Virus record (IMG/VR): IMGVR_UViG_3300006735_000025
Location: 10,240-74,239 of that record
DNA: 64,000 nucleotides
Source of the DNA: a virus
Reading direction: 5' to 3' (one strand)
In this document: positions 1-10,499 of the stretch, piece by piece
How the letters are laid out: each line of letters begins with the position of its first letter
How positions within the stretch are numbered: position 1 is the first letter of the stretch
Made by a program: the position numbers and the translations under genes
The notes under the pieces: model-generated
What the model was told of the DNA's origin: nothing
Database searches by the model: none
Seen by the model: only the letters and a program-made list of their open reading frames with translations

Positions 1-3000
1 ATATTACTTGAACTATGTCACCATTTCTAACAGTTCTAGGTGCCATTTGTAGTCTAATTCCATCCCAAAAATAATCACCTGTTGTTTCACCTGTGTAATT
101 ATTTTTCCAAGGTGCTGTAACTAAAGAACTTGTTTGGGTTAAAGTTATACCATTAACTATGACTTGTACGTTAGATTTTGGTGGGTAAGGTAATGTTAAT
201 CCTGACCAAGTAAAAGCACTTTGACTACCTGAAAAATCTGGTACCAAATCTACTGTTTCACTTTTAGTTACCATTCTTAAATTAGTTGGTCCACCCGTAT
301 TTTTAAAACTTATATTTGGATTATATAATGACGGTTCTTCCGGAGTATTCACTAAACACATGTAGTAGTCTTGTGATGAAATATAAGAACCACCTATGTT
401 GTTATATGTGTCAACCCATACTGGGTCTTTTGTACTTTTATCTTTAATTAAAAAAGAAGACTTTACGATATATTCCCAAGTAGTCGCTGTAGGCAATCCA
501 GATAATGGTATTTGTGTGGTACTACTTAATGAAATACCTCTTTTCCTATCTTGTTCATTAGATAATTCACTCATCGTATTAAAAATGTAACTATACCTAG
601 GTCTTTCCTGTAATTTACTTTGTAAATAATCATAACTATATACCTCCATTTTAAGGTAACTCTTTTTTAATAACAAATCAGAAGTGTTACCAGATGTATT
701 GGCTGTTATAATTGGTGTGTTACCTGTGTACCCTGATAAATTTATAATTTTTAATGTCTCTAACTTATTACTATAAACACTTAAACCCTCCAATACCACA
801 TTTGGTTCTTTAAATGTTTGTAAAGTAGCTGAAGCTTTTGGTTTTATACTTGGGATTGTTAGCTCGGAACCACATCTTGGATTATAGTCACAGTTTTTAG
901 AAAATTGTACGTTATTGTTACCTACAACATCACCTAAACTTTGTGATTGTATTGTTACATTAGGGTCGTAATTTGTGGTTTCTGTTAGTGTTATAGCAGA
1001 AGTATTTGATATAAAACTATTGGTTGTTGGTGTTACAGTATAATTTGCAGCTGTACCTGTAAATCCAACCCCATAAAATATACCGAAACTTGAGTTGGCC
1101 ATGTAACCTGTTCTTGTACCACCTAAAAATCTTTGTAATTCAGTTCCACTAACCCATGTAGGTGCACTTTCTGAACTTCCAGACCACGTATTACTGTCTG
1201 TCAAATCAAAATTAATTTCGTGATATGTTTTGAATACGTTTGAATCTCCAATATCTGTGGTTGCACCAGTCGCGTAAGTGTTAGACTTCTCTCCCATTGT
1301 TGGTGTCATTTGGATTTTAAACCTTTCTCCTTCATCACCGCTTCTTGTAACTCTAACTTTAATAGCTCCTTGGGTTGTCATATATCCACTTTGGGTGTAA
1401 GGACTTCTATGTGCTGTATCTGGACTAACAACATCCCTAGGTCCATTTCTTAAAACCACATGACTAAATTCTTTGTATTGTGTAGTAACATAGGTTGTTT
1501 CTCCTGGGTCTAAACTAGCTTCATAATTTTTTAATTCATTAAGTAATATTGCGTCATATAAGTCTGCAAATGATTTTCCTCCATCTGAAACACCCTCAAC
1601 AGATGCTCTTACAGCTATTGTTATAAGACTTAGGAAAATATCATCAATACCGTATCTTTTTAAAGCTTCATCTGCCGTATCTACCCCACCAGCTTTTAAC
1701 ATCTCTGGATTATCACTGAGGTATTGGAGAATCGCTTGTTCTTGTGACTTTCTAACTATTTCTTGAATCACCCTATCATCAGATTTTTCTGGACTTCCTT
1801 GAATTATTTGTCTCCCATACGCATCCTGTTGGAATCCTCTTGCTGATTGTCCTCTATTAAAATTAATAGATGTTCCACTAGTTTGGTCAATATCTAATGT
1901 TAGGTAGTGGGTAGCACCACTTTGACCATAGGTACCATCACCATCTCTAAAGTAAGCTAAAACTACCGAAGCTGAGCCATTTGAAGTAAATTGTGTTGCT
2001 CCGCTTTGGAATAAGTAAACGTCGTGTGTGTAGTCTAAGTAACTACAAGAACTTATTAATGATATTGGTCTTGGTGTTACTGTAGATGCTGAAATACTAG
2101 ATAACCTATATGTACTTTGACAATAGTTATTTTCTAATTTACTAGCGTATTCTTTATAGTCCGTAACCACATCAGATTCACCAATATAAGGAAATATATT
2201 ATCAGCTCCTGCATGAGCCAACATAACGTATTTAAATGTATTACTATTTTGTGTTAATATTTCTGAAGAAACCGGGTCACCTTTAGTATCTCTATCAGCT
2301 AAAGGATTAAATGTTACCCAAGCATAATTAGTAGTACCTGTTGTACTATCCCAAACAAAAAACTTATTTAAGTATTGATGATAATAATATGTACCTCTAT
2401 AAGCTGAACTATTAATTGTGCCACCTGTTAAATCTTTTTGTGTTACAGCTACCACTGGGTCACCACCCACAACACCACTAGGGCCACAATTCCAACCCTC
2501 TTGACATTCACTACTACCACTCACCCCTAAATACCACCATCTACCCGTATCTGTAGTTCTAGCTGTATTTGGATTTACGTCTGGGTACCTCATCGCCCCA
2601 CCACTAGCAGAATTACCAGTAAAAAACCAGTGACCTACCCCATCTAAAACGTGACCATAGTTATTTAAACCAGTAGTATGTAAATCTGCACCTACTGAAT
2701 ACCCATTTCCACCATAATAAACTTTAGAGTTTGCAAAATGTGAGTTTATTGTGTAAGCGGATGTTATAGCTGAAAGTCTAAAAGCTGGGTTACTTGTTGC
2801 TGATACACTTATTGTTGAAGCTGTACACTCTGAATCTGTAACTTTAAAATGTCTAGTTAAACTTTGTTCTCTACCAACACTTAACAAATACTCACCATTA
2901 GTTAAATCTTTAAATACTACTGGTGTTTGTGTGTCTGCAGTAGCGATAGTTCTTTGTCTTAATAAACCCCCATCTTTATATAATGAATAGTTAAAAGTAG

Positions 3001-3370
3001 AAGCTGTATATTGCCCAAATAAATTAAGAGTTCCTGATGAATAAACCGTAACTTCACAATATTGGTTTGGATTTGTAATACACAAAGATGACGTTATATC
3101 GGCAGAAAACGTAGGGTTTGTATAAGCTGAAAGTTTAACATTTGTAGTACCAACATTACCATTTGAATCTGTTATAGTAGCTTTGTAAACCCCCTCAGCT
3201 AAATTATATTGGTCCCATAAAGTAGATGTCACATAACCATTTACTGTAGCACCAGACCAACTAACAGTCCATGGTCCAGTACCACCACTAACATTTACCA
3301 CATTAATAGCCCCAATTGACTGTCCAGATACCGTAGGGGTTACATAATATTCATTAAGAAATGCACTCAT
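1..3370 (-). CDS. Large virion/tail-associated protein, partial (runs off the window start, about 1120 aa visible), with an N-terminal SprB-like repeat
   Basis: Absent from the ORF track because no stop lies in the window. ATG at 3370 translates MSAFLNEYYVTPTVSGQSIGAINVVNVSGGTGPWTVSWSGATVNG...NLAEGVYKATITDSNG. The frame was also open at spot checks near 1500-1380 and 60-1. Ser/Thr/Gly-rich, and starts 12 nt after the upstream stop. Confidence 0.8.
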   Translation of the reverse strand, partial: MSAFLNEYYVTPTVSGQSIGAINVVNVSGGTGPWTVSWSGATVNGYVTSTLWDQYNLAEGVYKATITDSNGNVGTTNVKLSAYTNPTFSADITSSLCITNPNQYCEVTVYSSGTLNLFGQYTASTFNYSLYKDGGLLRQRTIATADTQTPVVFKDLTNGEYLLSVGREQSLTRHFKVTDSECTASTISVSATSNPAFRLSAITSAYTINSHFANSKVYYGGNGYSVGADLHTTGLNNYGHVLDGVGHWFFTGNSASGGAMRYPDVNPNTARTTDTGRWWYLGVSGSSECQEGWNCGPSGVVGGDPVVAVTQKDLTGGTINSSAYRGTYYYHQYLNKFFVWDSTTGTTNYAWVTFNPLADRDTKGDPVSSEILTQNSNTFKYVMLAHAGADNIFPYIGESDVVTDYKEYASKLENNYCQSTYRLSSISASTVTPRPISLISSCSYLDYTHDVYLFQSGATQFTSNGSASVVLAYFRDGDGTYGQSGATHYLTLDIDQTSGTSINFNRGQSARGFQQDAYGRQIIQGSPEKSDDRVIQEIVRKSQEQAILQYLSDNPEMLKAGGVDTADEALKRYGIDDIFLSLITIAVRASVEGVSDGGKSFADLYDAILLNELKNYEASLDPGETTYVTTQYKEFSHVVLRNGPRDVVSPDTAHRSPYTQSGYMTTQGAIKVRVTRSGDEGERFKIQMTPTMGEKSNTYATGATTDIGDSNVFKTYHEINFDLTDSNTWSGSSESAPTWVSGTELQRFLGGTRTGYMANSSFGIFYGVGFTGTAANYTVTPTTNSFISNTSAITLTETTNYDPNVTIQSQSLGDVVGNNNVQFSKNCDYNPRCGSELTIPSIKPKASATLQTFKEPNVVLEGLSVYSNKLETLKIINLSGYTGNTPIITANTSGNTSDLLLKKSYLKMEVYSYDYLQSKLQERPRYSYIFNTMSELSNEQDRKRGISLSSTTQIPLSGLPTATTWEYIVKSSFLIKDKSTKDPVWVDTYNNIGGSYISSQDYYMCLVNTPEEPSLYNPNISFKNTGGPTNLRMVTKSETVDLVPDFSGSQSAFTWSGLTLPYPPKSNVQVIVNGITLTQTSSLVTAPWKNNYTGETTGDYFWDGIRLQMAPRTVRNGDIVQVI

Positions 3371-3382
3371 ACTTTACAAAAT

Positions 3383-6300
3383 TTAATATCCACCCCCACC
3401 ACCTGAGGATGTTGTACTACTACCATAACTTACTGGTGTTGGGTTGGTGTAGTTTAGTTTATTAGTCGTATAAAAATCTCCTCCCATGATTGGTGTTAGG
3501 TCATCATGTGATTCTAATGTGTGTACCGCTCCGACCATAGGGGTACTATCATGTATGTGATAAAAGCCAACATAGACATCTCCATTAGGAAGTAAATACT
3601 CATCACCAGATGTGTATAAATTACTTTTATCACCAATACAATCTTTTGTGAATACTTTTGGTGTACATGTATTACCTACATTAGCACAATAATCTTCAGC
3701 TTTTTCCTCACACTCCCCACAATCAAATAAAGATGTGTCTGTTATTACATCTGTAGTACCATAAAATGGATGTAAATTTTTTGTAAATTTAGTATCTTCA
3801 CAAACACAATAAAAACTACATTTAAAACCTTCATCTGCTTTTATTTGTGTTATAGGTTCTGACCTACTTGTTTTAATTATAACTGGTTGACCATCTATTG
3901 TTAATTGATTGTCAACATTATCTAATTGTTCCATAATTTTTATTTCACTTTCAATTAGGTCATATTTTTCTTGTAAGGTAGGGGTAAAACAAGGTACGTA
4001 TATTGTATCTTTTGGTGTTATAACTATGTAATGTTCTTTGTGTACACCTCTAACGTTTGATATTGTATTTTTTATAACATAACTGTGACTTATTTGTGGA
4101 AATTTATAGTTACATATTATAGAGTCCTTTTGGTTATACCTAGGTAAGTTAAAAACTAATATTCCCGATTTCATCTGAACTAAATCTTTTCGGTTTGGTA
4201 TGTAATAATCGGTTAATTCATTTTGTTCTAATTGTTTTGCCCAATTATTAGTTGGTGTTTCACTAGATATATCTAATTTAAGTGTTTTAATATTTGTCTC
4301 ATTATCTATAAAAGTTAAATTTTTAAAAGTTTCTGTTGTAACTATAGGTGCTGTAATAGGACTGTAGTTTGGGTTTATTACGTATAGGGTACCTTTTGTA
4401 GTTTGTTCAGTTTCTATCCCACCAGCATCTATAAATTTTTGTGGTGAAGATATTTTTTGTGGGTTGACAAATAAACTTTTTTGTAATGTTGATGTACTTC
4501 CAGTGGTTGGACTATATTTTGTTACTCTATAAAATGGGGACTCTATTGGGTTTCCCGATAAATCCATTTTATGACCTAAATTAACTTCAACTGTAGCGTC
4601 ACCACCAGTAACTTTAGATACTGACTTAAATGTTAAATTATATTTTAACATTACAGTTTCACCACTATTTAGACTAATTAGACCAGTATCTAATATAATT
4701 GGTACTCTGGTGTGATACACAGTATTAGCGGATGTACCGGAAGCGTAACAATTACTAAACCCACTAAACGTATTTTGTACAATATTGGTTGATTCTGTTA
4801 AATATTGATTAGCGGAACTGTTTGTTGTTGGACTTGCACCTATAGTGGTACTTACAAGATTACTGGTAACCCCACTTATAGTTTCTTTTTCTAAAAAAAT
4901 ATTAAGGTCAAAATTTAACAACCCACTATCACTATTTAAACCATGTTTTCCTGGAAAATAAACACCTTCAGTATCTTCTTTTACCGTTTCACCTTCGGTT
5001 AAACCATATTCTAGTATCGACGCGTTTATTAATCTTTTTATTTCATATTCTGTAGAAGGGTAAGAAATAGATGATGTAGTTCCGGATAGGTAATTAGTAG
5101 TTAAGTACTCACACCATTTAGTATCTTTATATTTAAAATCTAAGTAGGCACTGTATTGAAATTTGTATGTCCCACCACTTAGACTTTTATATATAGTGTA
5201 ATTTTTAGGGTCACCACTTTGTATTGTAACAGGTCCCGAACCAGATAACGAATTTGTTGTTCCTGTTTGAGCTGAAAGACTTTGCCAAGAATTAAGTGGT
5301 ACCCAAATAGGTGAAGTAACACCTACAAAAGGTCGATGTTCTATTCTTTTAGTATTATTTAAAGGTATTACTATTCCTGTTGTTGGTGATGTTACAGCTG
5401 TATATCCATTCCCTGAAAAGTATATATCATAGGTGTTTTGTCCAGTAATACCACCTGAAGTATAACCTGTATATTTAGTTGAGGCACTGAAAGATTCCTT
5501 TATTGTGGAGTATGTTGTGGCGAAAAAATCATTTCTTAAATCGTATATTGGAGAGTAGTATTCCAATTCACAAGTCCAACATTTTTGATACCCTAATTCA
5601 GCTTGTTTTTTTCTACATGTATCAGCACAAGATTCCGAAACTTGTGGTGAAACGATAACTGTTTCTAATTTTTCTAAATTATCATTAGAATATTTACAAG
5701 CACACTCAGTTCCTTTATATGTTATATTTTTTTCACTATATTCATTAACTAAAGTTCTTTTTGATGGACAAACTGTTAAACTTTTAAGTTCACTACCACC
5801 ATAATAAGAAATTGTTAAATCATTAAAATAATCATGATTTGTTCTAGTAATCCACTGATTAATACTATTATATGTACGTGGTTGTGTTTTACCGTAATCT
5901 GTAGTGTAAGTTTCTATGTTAGCTATTTGGGTTTCTTTTAGACTTTGTTCAAAACTATTTAAGTGTTCAGGACTGTAAAAACTAAATTCAACACACCTAT
6001 TTAAATCTGTAAAATATCTATTATCCCTTAACTCATCTACCCAACTTAGTGGGTAATTAGTAATACCCCTATTAAAATATGGTGAACTAGCTACTATTTT
6101 ATTATTTTCTAATTTTCTAGAAATATTGTATGGCAATTCTTTTTCACTATCTTTTAAAAAATCACCTAAGGTAAGTTTATATTTTTCTTCATTTTTAACT
6201 ATAAAAATTTCTGAAGATTTTAAATAATAATCTGTATATTCTTGATTTAAAGAATTAAAATAATCAAAATAATTAAACTTAACTTGCCCCAGTTCCAAAT

Positions 6301-7033
6301 CTTTGGTTGTCATTTCAACATAACTAGTAGGTGCTTTATCTAGAGTTTTAATCCTTCTAGGTTCTACCAATGTTACTTTGTCAATATCACCTGTTTTATC
6401 TTTAAAATACTTTCTAACTAAACCTACGTGAGTCCCTGGTAACCCCAATTTAAAAAATATACTAGTTACTGGCCCTGTAGTACTAAAAGCTCTTATGTCA
6501 ATATCAAAACCTAAACCTAAAAGTTTTTTAGAATTTATTTTTTCCTCTGACATTCCAGGTAACAACATTTCTACCTGATGTGTTTTACCGTTTAGTGGTG
6601 GTGAAAACGCTTGTAACGCTGCTGTTTCACCCGGTAAAAATATTTCTCTAGTAGATAATAAAGATTTATTTGTTTTATTACCAACTTGTCCTAAAGATAA
6701 TGTTCTATTATTTTCTCTATGTAGTCTCAATATAAAATCAGATGAAAATTCTTTTTTGTCTAATTTATTTTCACCCATTTTAAAATGTTCAGATTTAAAA
6801 TATAAAAACCCTTCTATTAAATTTTTACCTTTATATGACAAATACAGTTGTACTGGCATACTTACGTCATAATCCATTGTAATGTATAATGTTTTATTAA
6901 ACTTTTTCCCGTATTGGTTGCCTGTAACATAAACTTTAACCTGAAGAGTATCTGTAACCTGTCTTAAATCTATAAGTTTACTGTATTTTACAATATCACT
7001 GTTATTTTTTATATTTTTTTCTATACCATCCAT
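3383..7033 (-). CDS. Large hypothetical virion structural protein (1216 aa)
   Basis: Long ORF coupled to the upstream gene by a 1-nt TAATG overlap. Ser/Thr-rich core, two Cys clusters and a C-terminal YVGFYHIH...GAVH motif. Lies in the tail module. Confidence 0.6.
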   Translation of the reverse strand: MDGIEKNIKNNSDIVKYSKLIDLRQVTDTLQVKVYVTGNQYGKKFNKTLYITMDYDVSMPVQLYLSYKGKNLIEGFLYFKSEHFKMGENKLDKKEFSSDFILRLHRENNRTLSLGQVGNKTNKSLLSTREIFLPGETAALQAFSPPLNGKTHQVEMLLPGMSEEKINSKKLLGLGFDIDIRAFSTTGPVTSIFFKLGLPGTHVGLVRKYFKDKTGDIDKVTLVEPRRIKTLDKAPTSYVEMTTKDLELGQVKFNYFDYFNSLNQEYTDYYLKSSEIFIVKNEEKYKLTLGDFLKDSEKELPYNISRKLENNKIVASSPYFNRGITNYPLSWVDELRDNRYFTDLNRCVEFSFYSPEHLNSFEQSLKETQIANIETYTTDYGKTQPRTYNSINQWITRTNHDYFNDLTISYYGGSELKSLTVCPSKRTLVNEYSEKNITYKGTECACKYSNDNLEKLETVIVSPQVSESCADTCRKKQAELGYQKCWTCELEYYSPIYDLRNDFFATTYSTIKESFSASTKYTGYTSGGITGQNTYDIYFSGNGYTAVTSPTTGIVIPLNNTKRIEHRPFVGVTSPIWVPLNSWQSLSAQTGTTNSLSGSGPVTIQSGDPKNYTIYKSLSGGTYKFQYSAYLDFKYKDTKWCEYLTTNYLSGTTSSISYPSTEYEIKRLINASILEYGLTEGETVKEDTEGVYFPGKHGLNSDSGLLNFDLNIFLEKETISGVTSNLVSTTIGASPTTNSSANQYLTESTNIVQNTFSGFSNCYASGTSANTVYHTRVPIILDTGLISLNSGETVMLKYNLTFKSVSKVTGGDATVEVNLGHKMDLSGNPIESPFYRVTKYSPTTGSTSTLQKSLFVNPQKISSPQKFIDAGGIETEQTTKGTLYVINPNYSPITAPIVTTETFKNLTFIDNETNIKTLKLDISSETPTNNWAKQLEQNELTDYYIPNRKDLVQMKSGILVFNLPRYNQKDSIICNYKFPQISHSYVIKNTISNVRGVHKEHYIVITPKDTIYVPCFTPTLQEKYDLIESEIKIMEQLDNVDNQLTIDGQPVIIKTSRSEPITQIKADEGFKCSFYCVCEDTKFTKNLHPFYGTTDVITDTSLFDCGECEEKAEDYCANVGNTCTPKVFTKDCIGDKSNLYTSGDEYLLPNGDVYVGFYHIHDSTPMVGAVHTLESHDDLTPIMGGDFYTTNKLNYTNPTPVSYGSSTTSSGGGGGY

Positions 7034-10000
7034 TATAGACTATCTTGATATTTTTGTTTTCCTAAATCGAATTTATAACCCCAAGGTTCTTTTTTATTCT
7101 TACTTAAAGGTAAAGCTCTTTTAACTCTAAACATTATATTATTATTCATTGTACTAAGTATATTATAAGCTCCGTTTATTGTGGAGTCATTACTCGCAAA
7201 TGTTTCTGTAATTAAATTTATACTATTATTAACCCCTTGGTTTGATGTGTTAGCTGAAGTACCATTATAATCTCTAAATGAAGCCCAAACTGATTTACAC
7301 GTAGCACTTAATGGTCTCATCTGTAACACTGAAGTGTTTTCAGGTAAACCACAACAACTACATGATTTGGTTGGTATGTCTGTTATTGTGTCACCATTTA
7401 TATCTGTACCGTCTATTTTATTTTCTGTACTACCGGTATTTTGACAACCAGAAGAACATGTAGAACCTGTATTAGGACTTGTCAACCCTACCCAAGGAAA
7501 ACTTTCTCTACCTGGTTCTCCTGGTGTACCAGTTGCACCACCTCCATCATAAGTACAACTTCCATCGTTAGCTGTGGCCAAAGAGTTAAAGTTATTAGCA
7601 CTAGGGTCGGTACATCCAGGAACGTAACCAGTTTTTATTGGGTTGTTAAATCCTGGTAATGGAAATACTGGGTAGTGTTTGTATGAAAATTTATCCCTAT
7701 GGAATAATGAGTTTTCTATCTTTACACCACCCTGCCATAAAGTTGTAGCTGGAACTAATTGTTCAATAATTCTAATCCAATATGTACCTAAACTTTGTGC
7801 ATAATCTATCATTTTTGTGTAGGTGTATTGGTTGTTTTCACCACATACTTGTTTTAAGTAGTCTAAATAAAGTATTTGTAAAAGTGGGTAACCACCTGTT
7901 TTACCATCATCTATTGTTTGTCTATTTCTTACATTAATAAATGTATTCCAAAAATTATGAATAAAGTCTTTAAAAGAATAATCTTTACCATTTAATAGGG
8001 TTACTGTGTCATCAACCCCACCTTTTTGTGGAAAAGGTAGTGGTAAAGGTCCACCACTAAAAGGACAACCACTTAAAGCCGATTGTTTCCAAACATCATA
8101 AACCAAACCTTGACCTACGTTTAAAAATATATCTACATTTTTAACATTTAAAATAAATCTTTCGTGGTGTGTATGATAACCCGCATACCTATTATTTCCA
8201 AAAGTGTAATCTCTATCTATATGGGTAAACTCATCTGTTGTTGTCCAAGATTTTTTATCATCAACTACGGGTGTTAATCCCCAACCCATATGCATATAGG
8301 GAAACCTTCTAAATCTTTCAAGATATGGTGCTCCAGGGTCGTTAGATGTAACACCTGGTGGTAAGTTACCAAAGAATCCACCCCAACTAAATTGGTTTAA
8401 TTTAGTTTTTATGCTCGGTGAACAACCTGATAATACTGAATTTTCTAAATCTAATATAGTTTCACCGTGATGTTCTTCTGTTTCTTCAAACCAACCCGCT
8501 CCTCTTTGGAAATAATAATTAGATGTTTCTCTAGGTTGTGTTGGGAATCCGTATTCGTCTATTGGGTAATCTTCCCTTATAAATCCGTGTGATTCCGTTT
8601 GAGATGACATTATGGTATCAAAATTAAGTGGGTTTAAAACATAACTTTTTGTGGTGGCTAATCCACCGGAAATTGGTTGGTAGTCACTTAAAAATCCATC
8701 ACCAACATCATAACAACCTAATACCTCTATCGCATTTTGTAACTCTATAATGTCTACACCTTTTTTAGAAACCCATTTAGGTGTAATACTTGTTTCGTTA
8801 GTTTCTTCATCTAAACTAATTACTGATGTTAAGTTTTTATGGTGGGTTTGTGTCTGACCTGGGTGTCCTCCAGGTTTTTTCGTATTTGTTGACGCATTTA
8901 ATAAAGCTATTAAAGTATTACATCTTGGGTCTTTTATTTTATTACCCATTTTAATTCTTCTATCTGCTAGAACAACATACTCATTAAATTCAATTAATGC
9001 TTCTGGAGCACCTATAAACTTTAATAAAAATTCTATAGCTTTTCTTGTACCTTTAGATTTAAATAAATAAGATGTATTCATTAATATCCTTCTATATATT
9101 TCAACATCTAATTCTGCTGGTGTAACACCTATTGACTCACCAGAATATTGTGGTTCATACCTATCTAATACTGTATCCAAAAATTGTTCCTTTGTTGTTG
9201 TTGAAGGTGTTTTCCAACCTAACATTTTTGCTAGATTTTTTAATAATTGATTTGGTACATTATTTTTACCTTCGTAAGTTACATTATTCATGTAAGCTAT
9301 ACCATCTATAAACTTTTTAACTTCGTCAAAACTTCTACCATATATTTGTAAAGTTTTTTCTACTTTTCTACCACCTGTGTCAAAATCTTTTAAAGCTCCT
9401 GTTGTTAAAAATCTTGAAACTAAATTTGTTTTGTACCCATCTATTTCATCACCTATATCTACTAATTTTTTTAAGTAATTAGTATATTTTTCTGTTGTTA
9501 TATCTATGTTCCATAAATCTTGTTTTTCCCAGATTAATTCCTCTATTTGGTTATAGTTTCTTCCATCTTCAGTTTGTCTAGGTAATACTAACTCTGCTTT
9601 ATATTGTGGAACACTTTGTTGATTTAGTAAGAATTTTTCTACAGATTCAAAATCATTAAATTGATTTTGTGTTTCAAAATTATTTGGTTTTATATAGAAA
9701 TTTGTTGTAGATGTTGTCGCTGTAGGTCCGAATGGTGCTCCCGATATAACAATGGTTAACCCTGTGGTACCTTCTTCTATAGGTGTATAGTCTATTACTG
9801 GATATTGTGTGGTTCCACTCCCACTAAAACTTAAACAATATTTTTTATATTCTAATGAAAAATTTCTTAATGGTGATATTTTTCCTTTTTCAGCTTTAAC
9901 TGAAGTTGTGGTGATTTTATCTGTGGTTGGGTCACTTATTAAGTAATCAACCTCTAAAGAATTATCTAATAGTATTTCACCATCTTTTGTGAATTCTATA

Positions 10001-10497
10001 TTAAATGGGTTGGATAGTTTGTATTTTGAGATTGTTAATGTTGTTCTATCGTAAATAACATCATAAGATATATTATCTACAGTATTACCTGTGTTTTGGT
10101 ATACTCTATTTATACCATCAAAGTATAAAGCTGCTGGAAAAAAATTAATAATTTGTTGAGCTGCTACTCGTAATCTATCTTTTAAGGAACCATAAAGAAC
10201 AAATTTACTTATATCACTAGTGTCATAGTTAAAACTAACTAATAAACTGTTGTTTAAACTACTCTTAGTCAAGTCAACATCACCAGCACTTAATTGTTCT
10301 AGTGTTATAGGCCCAGAAAAACCACCTAAATTAAAATCTCTATTTTTTTTAGATTCTGAACTATCAGATACAGAAAAACTACCCAATGTCATTTGCGGTG
10401 AACCTTCAGTAAATTGTAAACCTACTAAATTATCACTAAAAGTGCCAGCTCCATTACCTGGTGCTGGTGGATAAAAGAATTTCTTTTTGTTTGCCAT
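7033..10497 (-). CDS. Baseplate wedge protein (T4 gp7 / P2 gpI-like core) with a Cys-rich C-terminal extension
   Basis: LLKNLAKMLGW and YLFKSKGTRKAIEFLLKFIG match the wedge-protein pattern. Carries one GCTDPSANNFNSLATANDGSCTY repeat. Confidence 0.6.
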   Translation of the reverse strand: MANKKKFFYPPAPGNGAGTFSDNLVGLQFTEGSPQMTLGSFSVSDSSESKKNRDFNLGGFSGPITLEQLSAGDVDLTKSSLNNSLLVSFNYDTSDISKFVLYGSLKDRLRVAAQQIINFFPAALYFDGINRVYQNTGNTVDNISYDVIYDRTTLTISKYKLSNPFNIEFTKDGEILLDNSLEVDYLISDPTTDKITTTSVKAEKGKISPLRNFSLEYKKYCLSFSGSGTTQYPVIDYTPIEEGTTGLTIVISGAPFGPTATTSTTNFYIKPNNFETQNQFNDFESVEKFLLNQQSVPQYKAELVLPRQTEDGRNYNQIEELIWEKQDLWNIDITTEKYTNYLKKLVDIGDEIDGYKTNLVSRFLTTGALKDFDTGGRKVEKTLQIYGRSFDEVKKFIDGIAYMNNVTYEGKNNVPNQLLKNLAKMLGWKTPSTTTKEQFLDTVLDRYEPQYSGESIGVTPAELDVEIYRRILMNTSYLFKSKGTRKAIEFLLKFIGAPEALIEFNEYVVLADRRIKMGNKIKDPRCNTLIALLNASTNTKKPGGHPGQTQTHHKNLTSVISLDEETNETSITPKWVSKKGVDIIELQNAIEVLGCYDVGDGFLSDYQPISGGLATTKSYVLNPLNFDTIMSSQTESHGFIREDYPIDEYGFPTQPRETSNYYFQRGAGWFEETEEHHGETILDLENSVLSGCSPSIKTKLNQFSWGGFFGNLPPGVTSNDPGAPYLERFRRFPYMHMGWGLTPVVDDKKSWTTTDEFTHIDRDYTFGNNRYAGYHTHHERFILNVKNVDIFLNVGQGLVYDVWKQSALSGCPFSGGPLPLPFPQKGGVDDTVTLLNGKDYSFKDFIHNFWNTFINVRNRQTIDDGKTGGYPLLQILYLDYLKQVCGENNQYTYTKMIDYAQSLGTYWIRIIEQLVPATTLWQGGVKIENSLFHRDKFSYKHYPVFPLPGFNNPIKTGYVPGCTDPSANNFNSLATANDGSCTYDGGGATGTPGEPGRESFPWVGLTSPNTGSTCSSGCQNTGSTENKIDGTDINGDTITDIPTKSCSCCGLPENTSVLQMRPLSATCKSVWASFRDYNGTSANTSNQGVNNSINLITETFASNDSTINGAYNILSTMNNNIMFRVKRALPLSKNKKEPWGYKFDLGKQKYQDSL

Positions 10498-10499
10498 TA

